From NCBI GenBank assembly GCA_043228905.1, contig JBHGNT010000004.1, positions 20,460,001-20,524,000 on the forward strand: a stretch of DNA of 64,000 nucleotides. Reading direction: 5' to 3'. Below, piece by piece: positions 12,965-24,534 of the stretch; within the stretch, counting starts at the first letter, position 1; each line of letters begins with the position of its first letter. A model generated the notes under the pieces. That model searched no databases, was not told where the DNA came from, and saw only the letters and a program-made list of their open reading frames with translations. A program made the translations under genes and the position numbers. This DNA comes from Azolla caroliniana. Its lineage: Eukaryota > Plantae > Polypodiophyta.

Positions 12965-15900
12965 ACGTAAACATCTTGTGTCATCTTATGTCTATTTTTT
13001 GTTTTCTTTCATCAAGAGATTGAGACTCGGTTGTGGCCGAGAACTAGTCCACAATCTGAAATTCGATGCAGTGCATCAGATTTTTGTTGAAAATGCAATT
13101 TTATTTTTATTATTTCATTGTTTTATGAAAAAACTAAAAGAAATTTGGAATTTCAATTGAAACCCGATGAAGTGCATTGGATTTCAATTGAAAAGGCATT
13201 TATTATTGTTATTTATATGAAAAAAATATATAAATAAATAAAAATACATTGAAAAAAGAAATAAGAAAAAAGGATCTTCGATTTTAATCCAATGCATTGC
13301 ATTGGGTTCTAGCTATATAGACTAAAATACAATGTAGTGCATCGTATTTTATCTGAAAATCCATTTTTTAATTTTTTCTGGAAAAAATTTAACGAATTAC
13401 AAAATTTAAAAAAAAATTGGAGTTGCATTGGATTCCAATTGAAAATCCAAGATTTTTTATTTTTTGAAATTTTTCAATGGGGTTTAGATTTGTTTTCCGA
13501 CACAGATATATAAAACTTGTCACATCAATTTAGTGTATATAATTTAGTGTAACACAGATATATTATATATAAATATACACACATAATTAGAAGAAGCCAC
13601 TTATTTAGTGGGGTATGCATTTTAGAATATGCACAAGGACTCGTGTTACTATTTTTATTTTTTTTCTAAAATGAAGCTACTTTCTGATTAGTTAGGAAGG
13701 ATTATTACAAAGAGACTGTACAAGGGGGCTTATACATAGAACGGGGAATCTCCCTCTGATCAAGTTCAAGAAAATGAGACTAGTTACATCGCCTTTCGGA
13801 CTAACTACTTAATGTAAGTACATATAGCTAAAAACGGTGCCCTTTAGTGATGGCTAGTATGAAACACCTCCTGGGGTCGCCAGCGAAGGGAGGGTGGTAA
13901 GTGAGCCGGAAACAGCTAACGTGGGGGCTGGTAGTTCCACCTCAGGCCACTTCCTGCTTGTGTCACCATAGGCGTGTTCCGCCATTTCTGCCAAAAGCGC
14001 AAACGTGCAATAACCACATCATTGGAATGGCTACAAACCTCGTCCAATTGCCCTCCTAAGCAATTGATCAACGCAAACCATATGTACATTATCACTTCCT
14101 CCGAGGGCCATACCAGATCCTTGTTGGGAACAAGGTCGTCAGTGCGAAAGAACAAACAACATTTTTTGATATTGAAGAACCTATGTATGAGAATGAACAA
14201 AGCTACACACACACACAGAATAGGAGATAGGCACAAAGAAGACATTTTATTTCTTAATAGCAATAGTTACGAATGACAACAACAAAACCACTCACTAAAG
14301 GTTACAAAGTCACTTTATATAGTGATTATCTTAGGGCAACTGCCCTTTATGCTATTTATAGAAATAGCCCAAACTTGGGTTGTCCAAAAGGACAGTGTGA
14401 ATACGGCCATTATACACTCGTATTCGACACTCCCCCGTAATGGGCGTATACATGGGTTATCTGAAATTACAGGTATATACAAGGTTTATGGGAAAGATCG
14501 GTTTTGTTCGAGTCAGCAAGATCTGAAGATAGAAGACCGAACCGGTCGGGTCGAAAGAGCTGAAGCTGATCCTCAAAGAACTGATGTCGGTTGTCTGAAA
14601 CCATCATGTGTTGTGTGTCCGACTTTAACCAGACTGATTTTTCGTTACGCCCATCTGGTGTCAAAGGGACCGAAAGCGATCCGCCGAGAGACACTTGGTC
14701 ATTCCATCTACCACATTATCGGTTGTGGATATCTTCTCGAGACCGATTTTCCCTGAAATGACCCAGTCCCGAACAAAGTGATATCGAACGTTGATATGCT
14801 TGGAGGCGCTGTGGTGAATCGGAGTTTTTGACAAAGCAACAACACCCTGACTGTCGCTATAGACAACTGGAGCTGAGTCGAAGTTGACTTGTTGAAACGT
14901 GTGCGCCAGCCGATCGAGCCATAAAGCTTCTTTTGCCACGTCGAACACAACTACATATTCCACTTCTGCCGTTGAGGTGGTTGTGCACTCCTAAAGTTTC
15001 GACTTCCACGAGATTGCTCCATTGCCGAATTTGAAACAATATCCGGTTGTTGATTTCCGACTATCCACACAGCCGGTGAAGTTTGAGTCGGTGTAACCGA
15101 CTACGCCTGAGGTTGACTTCGGGCCAAAAAGAATGTCATGGTCTTTTGTGCCAGCTAGATATCTGAACACATGCTTGACTGCGTTCCAGTGCGATCGGCC
15201 TGGGTTGTGCATGAATCTGCTGACGACTCCTACGGTGTGAGAAATATCAGGCCGTGTCGCGACCATCACATACATAAGGGAGCTGATTGCCGGTGTATAC
15301 GCTACCGACTTCATATCTTCCCCCTCCAGACCGGATGTCGGGTAGTCTCGCTGAGACAGCCGAAGGTTAATGGGGAGTGCGGTCGAAGCAGACTTGGCCG
15401 AGTATATGTTGAAGCGTTCGAAGACGCGTCCGATGTAGTCGGTTTGAGACAAGAAAAGTTGTCGTTTATCGTGATGCCGACTAATCTTCATACCAAGTAT
15501 GTGTCTTGCCGGACCGAGGTCCATCATGGCAAACTTCAACCGCAGTTTTCGAACGAGTTTAGTGAGCTCTCCGGCATGTCGGTCGGAGAGTAGCATGTCG
15601 TCCACGTAAATGATGAGGAAGATGGGAGACTCGTCTTGAGTTGTTTTGGTGAAGAGATAGTGGTCCTCATCGCTCTTGGAGAAGCTGACCGACTAGATGA
15701 AGTCGTCGAACTTCTTGTACCACTTTCAGGGTGCTTGTTTCAGGTCGTATAAACTCTTCATGAGTCGGAAGACTAGATGTTCCTGGCCGGATGCCACAAA
15801 GCCTTTCGGTTGCTCCCTATAGATTTCCTCTTGTAGGTCACCGTGGAGGAATGCCGTTTTTACATCTAGCTTAATCAACTCCAAGTTGTCGGCAGCCACG

Positions 15901-16734
15901 ATGCCGAGCATGAAACGAAGGGTTGTCATTTTCACCACTGGTGAAAAGATTTCGTCAAAGTTTACGCCATATTCTTGCCGAAATCCCTTCGCAACTAATC
16001 TGTCCTTGTACTCTGGGTTGGTTGAGTCGGACGTCTCTTTTAATCGATAGACCCACTTACACGGAAGAGCACGTCGATTCTTCGGTAATTCGACCAAGTC
16101 CCAGCTCTTGTTTGTGCAACTGGAGTGCATTTCCGACTCCCTCGCCAGATGCCAGGTGGTTGAGTCGGCAGATGCCGATGCTTCTTCGTAAGACATCGGT
16201 TCGTCGGCTTTAGTGAAGAAGATTCCAAGAGAGTACCTCTCCGGAGGTTGCTGATAGGAACTACACGCTCCCTATGCGCAACGCTCGGCCACAACCGAGC
16301 TTAGAATCATACACAAAAAAACGGGGAATGAAAGGCATGACACAGTGAAGAGAAGAGTACACAGGATGTTTACGTGGAAAACCCAAACTAGGGAAAAACC
16401 ACAACAGCCCACAGACTGCAAACTATCACTATGTCAGAATGTACAAATGGTAAAGCACCAAATCAACGACCTCGAGCTTTCTATCTTCGCCACAGGCGGC
16501 GGTTACAACAGAGGCAACAACCTCTTCCTCTCTCTCTCTCTCTCTGTACACAGTTGCGTGCTCTAATCTTGCGCCAACAAGAATGACAACAACACTACTC
16601 CAAACATAAAGTTTTCCCTAAGTCATATTTATACTAATATGACTTTTCAACTATTTACAAATATAGCCCCAATGGACTCTTAGGAACATATTTACGAATA
16701 TGTCCCTTCATCCGGTGAGCACTCCTCACTGGGC

Positions 16735-16890
16735 CTGCATCATCCGGTGTCATCCGGTTCTCATCGGGTCTTCACCATCCGGCTCTTGCCGAGTACTCAT
16801 CATCCGGTTCTCACCGGGCCTTCACCATCCGGCTCTTGCCGGGGACTCGTCATCCGGTTCTCACCGGGTCTTCCGTAGTCCAGTACTCCA
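16735..16890. repeat. ~50-bp tandem repeats (catccggttctcaccggg...) inside Copia B LTRs (also ~28380-28520)
   Basis: Repeated CATCCGG(T/C)TCT(C/T) units are visible in both LTRs. Confidence 0.8.
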
Positions 16891-17720
16891 CATTCGGTTT
16901 CGGCCTCCGCCTATCGGCCTCGGCCGAGTTTGCTCATCAGTACTGTTCTTCTCATTTTCCATCCGGAGGGACCTGTTTCCTAACAAACTCCCCCTTCACT
17001 CCAGAATGGGATGCCTTACTAGTCCAATCCGCATCCGGCATGCATCCAACTTGTCGGGTATCAGTACTTTGGTCAGCATATCTGACTCATTCTCGGCTGT
17101 GTGGATCTTTGTCAGCGCGAACTCCTGGTCATCTACTCTTTCCCGGATCTAGTGATACCTTCGTTGGATATGCTTCGTCCGGGAATGGTAGGCCGCATTC
17201 TTAGCAAGGTGGATGGCACTTTGACTGTCGCAATAGAGCCGGTATTCATCTTGCCGGATACCGAGCTCTCCGATGAAGTCCTTCATCCCTAATATTTCCT
17301 TGTCGGCTTCCACAGCCGCCATGTACTCCGCCTCCGTGGTTGACAACGCAACCGTCTTCTGCAACCTCGACTGCCACGAAACAGCTCCCCCTGCATATGT
17401 CATTACATACCTGGATGTAGACCAGCTGGTATTCACATCAGCCGACATGTCTGAATCGGTAAAATCGTCAAGTTGAGGTTTACCGAAGCCGAATCGGAGA
17501 CACATGTTCGAAGAGCCCTTCAGGTACCAGAGTATCCATTTGACCGCGTTCCAGTGCTCCTTGTCGGGGTTCCTCATAAACCGGCTCACCACTTCGACTG
17601 CGTATCCTATATCCGGTCGGGTACACACCATTGCGTACATTAAGCTCCCGACGGCAGAGGCATATGCAACCTTCATTATATCCCCCTTCTCTACTTTCAT
17701 CTTCGGGCTTTGCTTACCGG

Positions 17721-20700
17721 TGTCGTGAAGAAAACCGGCCATAGGCGGAATCGGAGAGAAAGCACATAAACCGGCCATTACACGGATGGACGCATGACTT
17801 GGTATTTTGTGCACGAATCAGTGGAGAAAAATACTAAGCCGCACGCATTTATTAGGGGGGGGATTGTGCGTATCCCGGCCAGAGGGACAAGGAATAAAGG
17901 GAAGAGGACAAGAGAAAACGGGTATCGCGCGCGAGGAGGAAGGAAGCGCTACTGCAGAACGGGGGGCCGAGCTCTCTCTCTTCTACTCCAATCGTCGCTC
18001 TCTGTGGGTGTTGGGAGGTCGCTGCCTCTGCTTCGTGGACAGCCCGTGTGCTTCCGGTGGAGTCGCCTCCTTTCTCCTTTTGTTTCTTCAAGTCGTGTGA
18101 CTGTCGTCGGTGTGCGTGAGTAGGGTCCCCGTGTCGGGTCCGTCGCCGCGTTGTCGGTTGTAACCGTCGGAGTTTGTAATCTCTTGTCATTATAATTAAG
18201 TGTTACGTTCTATATCTCTTTTTCTCGCTTCTACGTGTCTGTGAATCTCTCTGTCTCTGTCTCTCTCGCTCCTCGGTCCAAGACCCCCATGGTCCCGCCC
18301 CTTTCTACACGTACGCGTGTAACAACGCGACATATTTGGTGAACTTGACGTGAAAGGGCGGGAGAGGAGTCGAAAGATGAGGGGATCGGAGCTAGCAGAG
18401 GCAATGGCGGTGGCCGTCGACCAGCTGGTGAGCGCTCGTGAGGGAACGGGTACCCTTGACAGAGCCATTGAATCGATCGTCGGCTCTATAGGCCGTTTCG
18501 GAGGGAAAGACGCCACAAGTTATTTGGAGGCTTACCGGGCCGAAATGATCATGAGGGATATCCCAGTGGACAGGCGGCTGTCCGGATTCCCTCGGGTGGT
18601 GACGCCGGGCATCCATGCGGAGGTGCTCGAGGTGTTGGCCGGATGCTAGACTTGGGAGGAGTTCGAGCTACAACTCCTCGAGAAGTACGGGTTTGACGAC
18701 TCGCTCCAACTGTCGAGGTGGGACTTCATGGCGTGGGTGGAAAGCCCCGGAAAAGGGAGGAACATGTCGGTGCTCCTCCAGGAGTTCGAAAAACGGTTCG
18801 TGCGACTGTCGACGCTAGACCGGACGGTGCTCGAAACAAGTTGAGTACTGTTGTTTGTCAAGTCGGTGGATGCGCTTGACAGGGAAAAGGTGGGCCCCCT
18901 ATTGGAAACGGACAAAGGGCTCACAACGGACTGGGCCGTGGTAAAACGGGTTTGCAGCCGTTTTGACAAACGGCGCGATTGGAGCGACGGAAACATGTCC
19001 GGGTCGGGGCCGGTCCCGGGGAGGAGGCTTGAGGAGCTGGTTTCGGTGACGGTTGGGAGGAAGGAAGGAGTCGGGGTCGGCATCGAACGACCTGGTCAGA
19101 GGCCCATCCGGAGGAGCGGCTCTGGAGGAGCTAACACAGATGGTGCGCGACTTGCAGATCGCACAGGCCCGAAGAGACAACGGTGAACAACCTCGCGACC
19201 GAAGGCCGCCGGCTGGGCAACGGTGCATGTGGTGTGACACGATCGGTCACATTCGGAAGGATTGCGCGGATTTCGCCGACGCGCTCAGGACCAACGTGGT
19301 GTACCTCTGGAACGGGCGGGTGCACGCGAGTGAGACCCGGAGAGCCCTAGAACTGAATACAGGGCGCGACGGAATGAAGAGGTTGATGGAAGAGGCCGTG
19401 GCACGGCACGTCGAAGCCGTCAACTACTCAGTGTCGGCGCGAATTCGGGTCGGGGGTGATGAGACCTGGAAGGCGAAGGACTACGGATTCTGGCCGCTAG
19501 TGCTAGAAGGCCTCTCCGGAGTTCGGTTGAGGAAGGAAGAGGCGGACCGCGTGGAACAACGGGTCCAGGAGGTCACCGGTTGGGACGATCCGGTGGAAGA
19601 GAAAACAGGCTTCCTAGAAGCCACTTGCCAGAACTACGAGGTTCTTGTGGAGGACAAACGGGCAGGAAAGGCCGGAGGGGTCGCCCCCCCGAGGTATGAG
19701 ACCCGGTTCGGACCGAAACCGACCGGTGCCGACAACCCGAGCGCATCGGACGGAAAGAAGCAGGCGGGGTTTCGGTTGAGCACTGAGATCGAAAGGACCA
19801 CAGACCTGCGAAAGGTCTTGGAGGAACGTATCCTCGATAGCAAAGTGGAGTTGTCATTGCAGGAGGTGTTGGGAATCGCCAAGAGGGAGTTCCACGACTC
19901 TATCGTAGACTTGGTGAAGCGTAAGAGGCTCTCGATGGAGCCGGAACCGGAGAAGCCGGTGGAGGTGCAGACCACGCACCTGGAAGACGAAGCCCTGGAA
20001 GACGAGCTGGCGGGAAGCCATTATACGAAGCCGCATTGGGCCAGGGCGACTACAGAAACCCCTGTATGGCTGGAAGATACGGGCAGCAACGTGCGCCACG
20101 GAAGAACTACATGGGGCATGTCCAAACGTACGGGTGAAAATCGGCGATGTCGAGATCGACCAACACTTCTTCGTGCAAGAGACGTCCTCGCATCCGGTTA
20201 TACTAGGAGAGCCATATATCACGGCGGCACAGATGGAGACCAAGGTGCTGGACAACGGTTCAGCCTATGCAAGAGTCAAGAGCCAGGACGGCCGTCACTC
20301 GGTCCAGTTCCTAACGGTGCGACCAAACCACGAGCGTAACCGCGAGGCCCTCGGCAGTGAAACCCGAGGGGATTTTTAGAGAGGGCTATCAAGGCGTGGG
20401 GCCGCGATAGTCCGGACACCCGGGAACAACCCCACAAATGTACAATACGGAAGAAGACTTGTACCATGGGCAGGAAGTTTTGGTTCCCCGACAACGGAGG
20501 TTGTACTATAACCGGCGTCAGCGGCCGGGAGAGGAAGCGAGCAGAGGAGCGGCTCAAGGGATGCGGAGTCCTCTTCCCCGACGAAGACATCAGCGGCGTC
20601 GTGGAGGCGGTCTCTTTTGACGACACCTTGGGCGAACTACGAAAGTTGATCGATGAAGACCTTAGAGAAGACCGGACCGTTCTGGTAGGATCGATGGGAA

Positions 20701-23700
20701 TGTACGAAGTCATCGCGGACTTCAGGGAAAGGATCGGGTCGAATCGGACGGCCCGCATGGATACAAAGTACAATACAGTGGACCGGAAGGTGAGGCCAGT
20801 CACAGCACCCTTGCCGGAGGGCAACGAGGGGCGGATAAAAGGGGTCCCGTCGAACCCAAGTTTACGGAATCCGGTCGGCATAGGGCACCAGTTCACCGAC
20901 ATAATGCTACGGGAGCTCAAGGTCGGTGGGGGTGGCTTCCTACTGCTGGCAGAGGAGGACCGGTTTCGGAGAATGCTCGGAAGGCACGGGAAGGCTTTCG
21001 CATTCTCACCGGAGGAGATCGGGTGCGTAGACCCGACAGTTGTCGAACCGATGGTGATCTTCACGACACCGCGTGTACCGTGGAATCTCAAGCCGATTCC
21101 GGTACCGAGAGCTCACATCCCGAAGTTGATGGAGCTCTTGAAGCAAAAGGTGGAGATGGGCATCCTCGAACCATCGAGTGCCCCGTATTCGAATCGGTGG
21201 TTTACGGTGCCGAAGAAGAACAGCACGCTACGCTTCATTCAGGACCTACAACTGGTCAACAAGGTGACCATCCGTAATGCAGGGATCGAACTGACCATAG
21301 ACGAGTTCGCGGAGGCCTTCGTTGGAAGGTCGATCTATTTTGTCGGTGATCTGTACTCGGGGTACGATCAATTCCAACTAGTCGTGGAGAGCAGAGACAT
21401 TACGACGATGCGGACTCCTCTCGGCCTAATGTGGATGTGTACCCTGCCACAAGGAGGGACGAACTCAGTGGCTCACATGGTGAACGCGATGAACAAAGTG
21501 CTTAGGGATTGTATCCCGGACATCACCATGCCATTCTTAGACGACATCCCGATCAAGGGATGCCCGGTGGAGAAAAGGGACGAGGCAATCGGGCCGGACA
21601 GATGTAGGAATTTCGTGGCGTCCCACATCGATGACTGCGAGAAGGTGCTGTAGAAACTAGAATGCGCGAGGCTCACCTTCTCCGGGGAAAAGTCGGCCTT
21701 CGGATAGTCGGAGATCTTGGTGGTCGGACACCTGTGCGGGCCTTACGGTAGGAAACCGTCTCCGGCAAAGGTAGAGGCCATCTCCGCGATGAGGAACGAT
21801 TGCGGGTCGGTCACAGAGGTCCGCAGATTCTTGGGGGCATGCGCGTTCTACCACATCTGGATCCCACACTACGCACATGTCGCGGAACCCCTCTATGGAC
21901 TATTGAAAAAGGGGCGTAGCTTTGAGTGGAGGACGGAGCACACGGAGTCGGTTCGGAGACTAAAGGAGGCGCTTACGGCAGCGCCGGCTCTCCGTAAAGC
22001 GGTTTACGGCAAGGATGTTCCCATCTGCGTAACGGTGGACACCAGCCCGACCGGGATCGGGTGGGTAATCAGTCAGGAGGACAAGGGCGGCGTACGATTC
22101 CCGATCCGGTTCGGGGCGAAGGTATTGAGCGAGCGGCAGCGAGGGTACGCCCAAGTTAAGCGCGAACTTTGGGGTGTCGTTTCGGCAGTCAAGGCCGACA
22201 AGGATTATTTGATCGGGACGGAGGTGATTATCGAGACGGACTGCCTGCCGATACTCAGCATGGTTTCCGGATTCGCGACGCCGGACCTAGCAATGCTCCG
22301 GTGGATAGCGTACATTAAGTCCCTTAACCCGGAGATACGGCACATCTCTGGAAAGGACAACGCCATGGCCGACATGCTTTCGAGGGCAAGGTTCAACGAC
22401 GAAGACGGCATGGTTTTGGATGATGAAGAAGTCGGTGAGGACTTCTTCGGGTCGGCTAACGTAACGACGAGGAAAGGGAACACTCTAGCGCTTAACGAAT
22501 TTGACGAAAGCAGGTACGACAGGGAGTGGCTCCAAATCAGGAGGTTCCTACGGGCGATGACGTCGGACGCAGCATGGGCGAGAGAGGAGGCGAGCCGGAT
22601 ACGGAGGAAGGCGTATTGATTCTTCCTACGAGACGGGTGCATATGGAGGCACCCAAAGAAGAGAAGCGACATCCCACTCCGAGTAGTGGCAAAGAAAGAA
22701 GAACAGGGGAAACTATTGGCGGCATTCCACGAGAGCCCATGGGCGGGACACCACGGAACGTGGGCCACGTTCGAGAAGCTGAAGGAGAAGTACCGGTGGT
22801 CGGGGTTGTACCAGGACATGCATCGGTTCATAACAACTTGCGAAAGTTGTCAGGTGCACTCTGTAGTCCGACACCGGGACGAGCTACACCCGACGTACCC
22901 GCCTACGGTCCATTTCAAGTGGATGGTGGACTTGGTGACGATGCCGATGGGGGTAGGACATATACGATACTTGGTGCTTGCACGGGAAGACTTAACGAAC
23001 CAAGTGGAAGGTCGTGCACTGCAAAGCAAGACAACCGCGGCGGTATGCCGGTTCCTGATCGAAGAAGTAGTGTGTCGGTACGGGTGCGTCGAAAGGATCG
23101 TGGCAGACCGAGGAGAGCTGGATGCGCGGGAGGCCGAGGAGCTATTCGACCGGCTAGGCGTCAAACTCTCCCTCACCACGGCGTACAATCTGGAGGCGAA
23201 CGGAAAGGTGGAACGTAGGCACGGACCGATTGTAAAGGCGTTGGCGCGTGCATGCGGTGGGCAGGTTGGTAATTGGCCGCGACTCCTTACGCACTATGGG
23301 CGGACCGAACTACGCACAGTTCGGTGACTGGGTTTATGCCGGCGGAACTGATGTACGGGAAAAAGCCGATCATGCCAGTGGAGCAAACGGTTTCTTCGTG
23401 GGCGGCGGTAGATTAGAAGGACGAAATGAGCCGGGAGGAGTTGTTGGTGGCGCGGATTCGGGAACTCGAGCGGAGGCCGGAGGACGTGATACAGGCGAAG
23501 GAAAGGCTGTGAGCGGCAAGGGAGCGGAACAAGATCCGGTTCAACCGGACGCACCAATTGCTACCAAAGAAGATCGAGGAAGGCGACTGGGTCTTGGTAT
23601 ACGACAGCAGCCTCGACAATCAGCACAAGGCGGTGTGAAAGTTTGCTAGGAGATGGTTCGGGCCCTACACGGTGATGAGCGCGAACGACAACGGCACGTA

Positions 23701-24534
23701 CCACCTCGCGGAACTTGACGGGACATGGTTAGTGGTGCCAATGGCCGGAAAGCGGATCAAAACGTTCAAAAAGCGGTTCGAAGACGAGCCGGAGCCTGCA
23801 ATCGTGAGCGACAACGACGATCAATTCGGGTCCGGCGGAGAATCGGAGAGCAACGAGTGAGGCCGGGTTTCTTCGATATCTACCCGTCTCTGGCACATAC
23901 CGGTGGATGCACGGTTTGGTGGGGGTGGATGTCGTGAAGAAAACCGGCCATAGGCGGAATCAGAGAGAAAGCACATAAACCGGCCCTTACACGGATGGAC
24001 GCGTGACTTGGTATTTTGTGCACGAATTGGTGGAGAAAAAACTAAGCCGCATGCATGTATTAGGGGGGGGATTGTGCGTATCCCGGCTAGAGGGACATGG
24101 AATAAAGGGAAGAGGACAAGAGAAAACGGGTATCGCGCGCGAGGAGGAAGGAAGCGTTGCTGCAGAACGGGGGGTCGAGCTCTCTCTCTTCTACTCTAAT
24201 CGTCGCTCTTTGAAAGTGTCGGGAGGTCGTTGCCTCTGCTTCGTGGACAGCCCGTGTGCTTCCAATGGAGTTGCCCCCTTTCCCCTTTTGTTTCTTCGGT
24301 GACTGTCGTCGGTGTGCGTGAGTAGGGTCCCCGTGTCGGGTCCGTCGTCGCCTTGTCGGTTGTAACAGTCGGAGTTTGTAATCTCTTGTCATTATAATTA
24401 AGTGTTACGTTCTATATCTCTTTTTCTCGCTTCTATGTGTCTGTGAATCTCTCTGTCTCTTTGTCTCTCGCTCCTTGGTCCAAGACCCCCGTGGTTCCGC
24501 CCCTTTCTACACGTACGCGCGTAACAACGCGACA
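17721..24534 (+). mobile_element. Ty3/Gypsy element G2 (same lineage as G1, GC-rich), inserted in the Copia B RT
   Basis: LTRs 17721-18332 and 23930-24534 (TGTCG...CGACA), PBS TGGTGAACTTGACGTGAA (18337-18354), TSD CCGG/TCGG. Removing the element plus 4 bp restores the Copia B frame (KLSGKQSP). Domains: gag, CMWCDTIGHIRKDC, RT FLDD, RH, INT. Confidence 0.96.
20370..20435 (+). promoter_or_regulatory. Putative -1 ribosomal frameshift signal of G2
   Basis: G GAT TTT TAG. The -1 frame is open without a stop (GFLERAIKAWGRDSP...) into pol ORF 20466. GTGGGG (20396-20401) and CCCCAC (20430-20435) can pair. Confidence 0.75.

Noticed and set aside
13060-13500. AT-rich region with repeated tgcattggat..caattgaaa motifs
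   Set aside because: Most simply the untranslated leader of the old Gypsy relic; no boundaries definable.
16345-17204. ORFs in Copia B LTRs (also 27988-28803) and G2 LTRs
   Set aside because: They lie in LTR or tandem-repeat sequence, are not consistently preserved between LTR copies, and show no domains.
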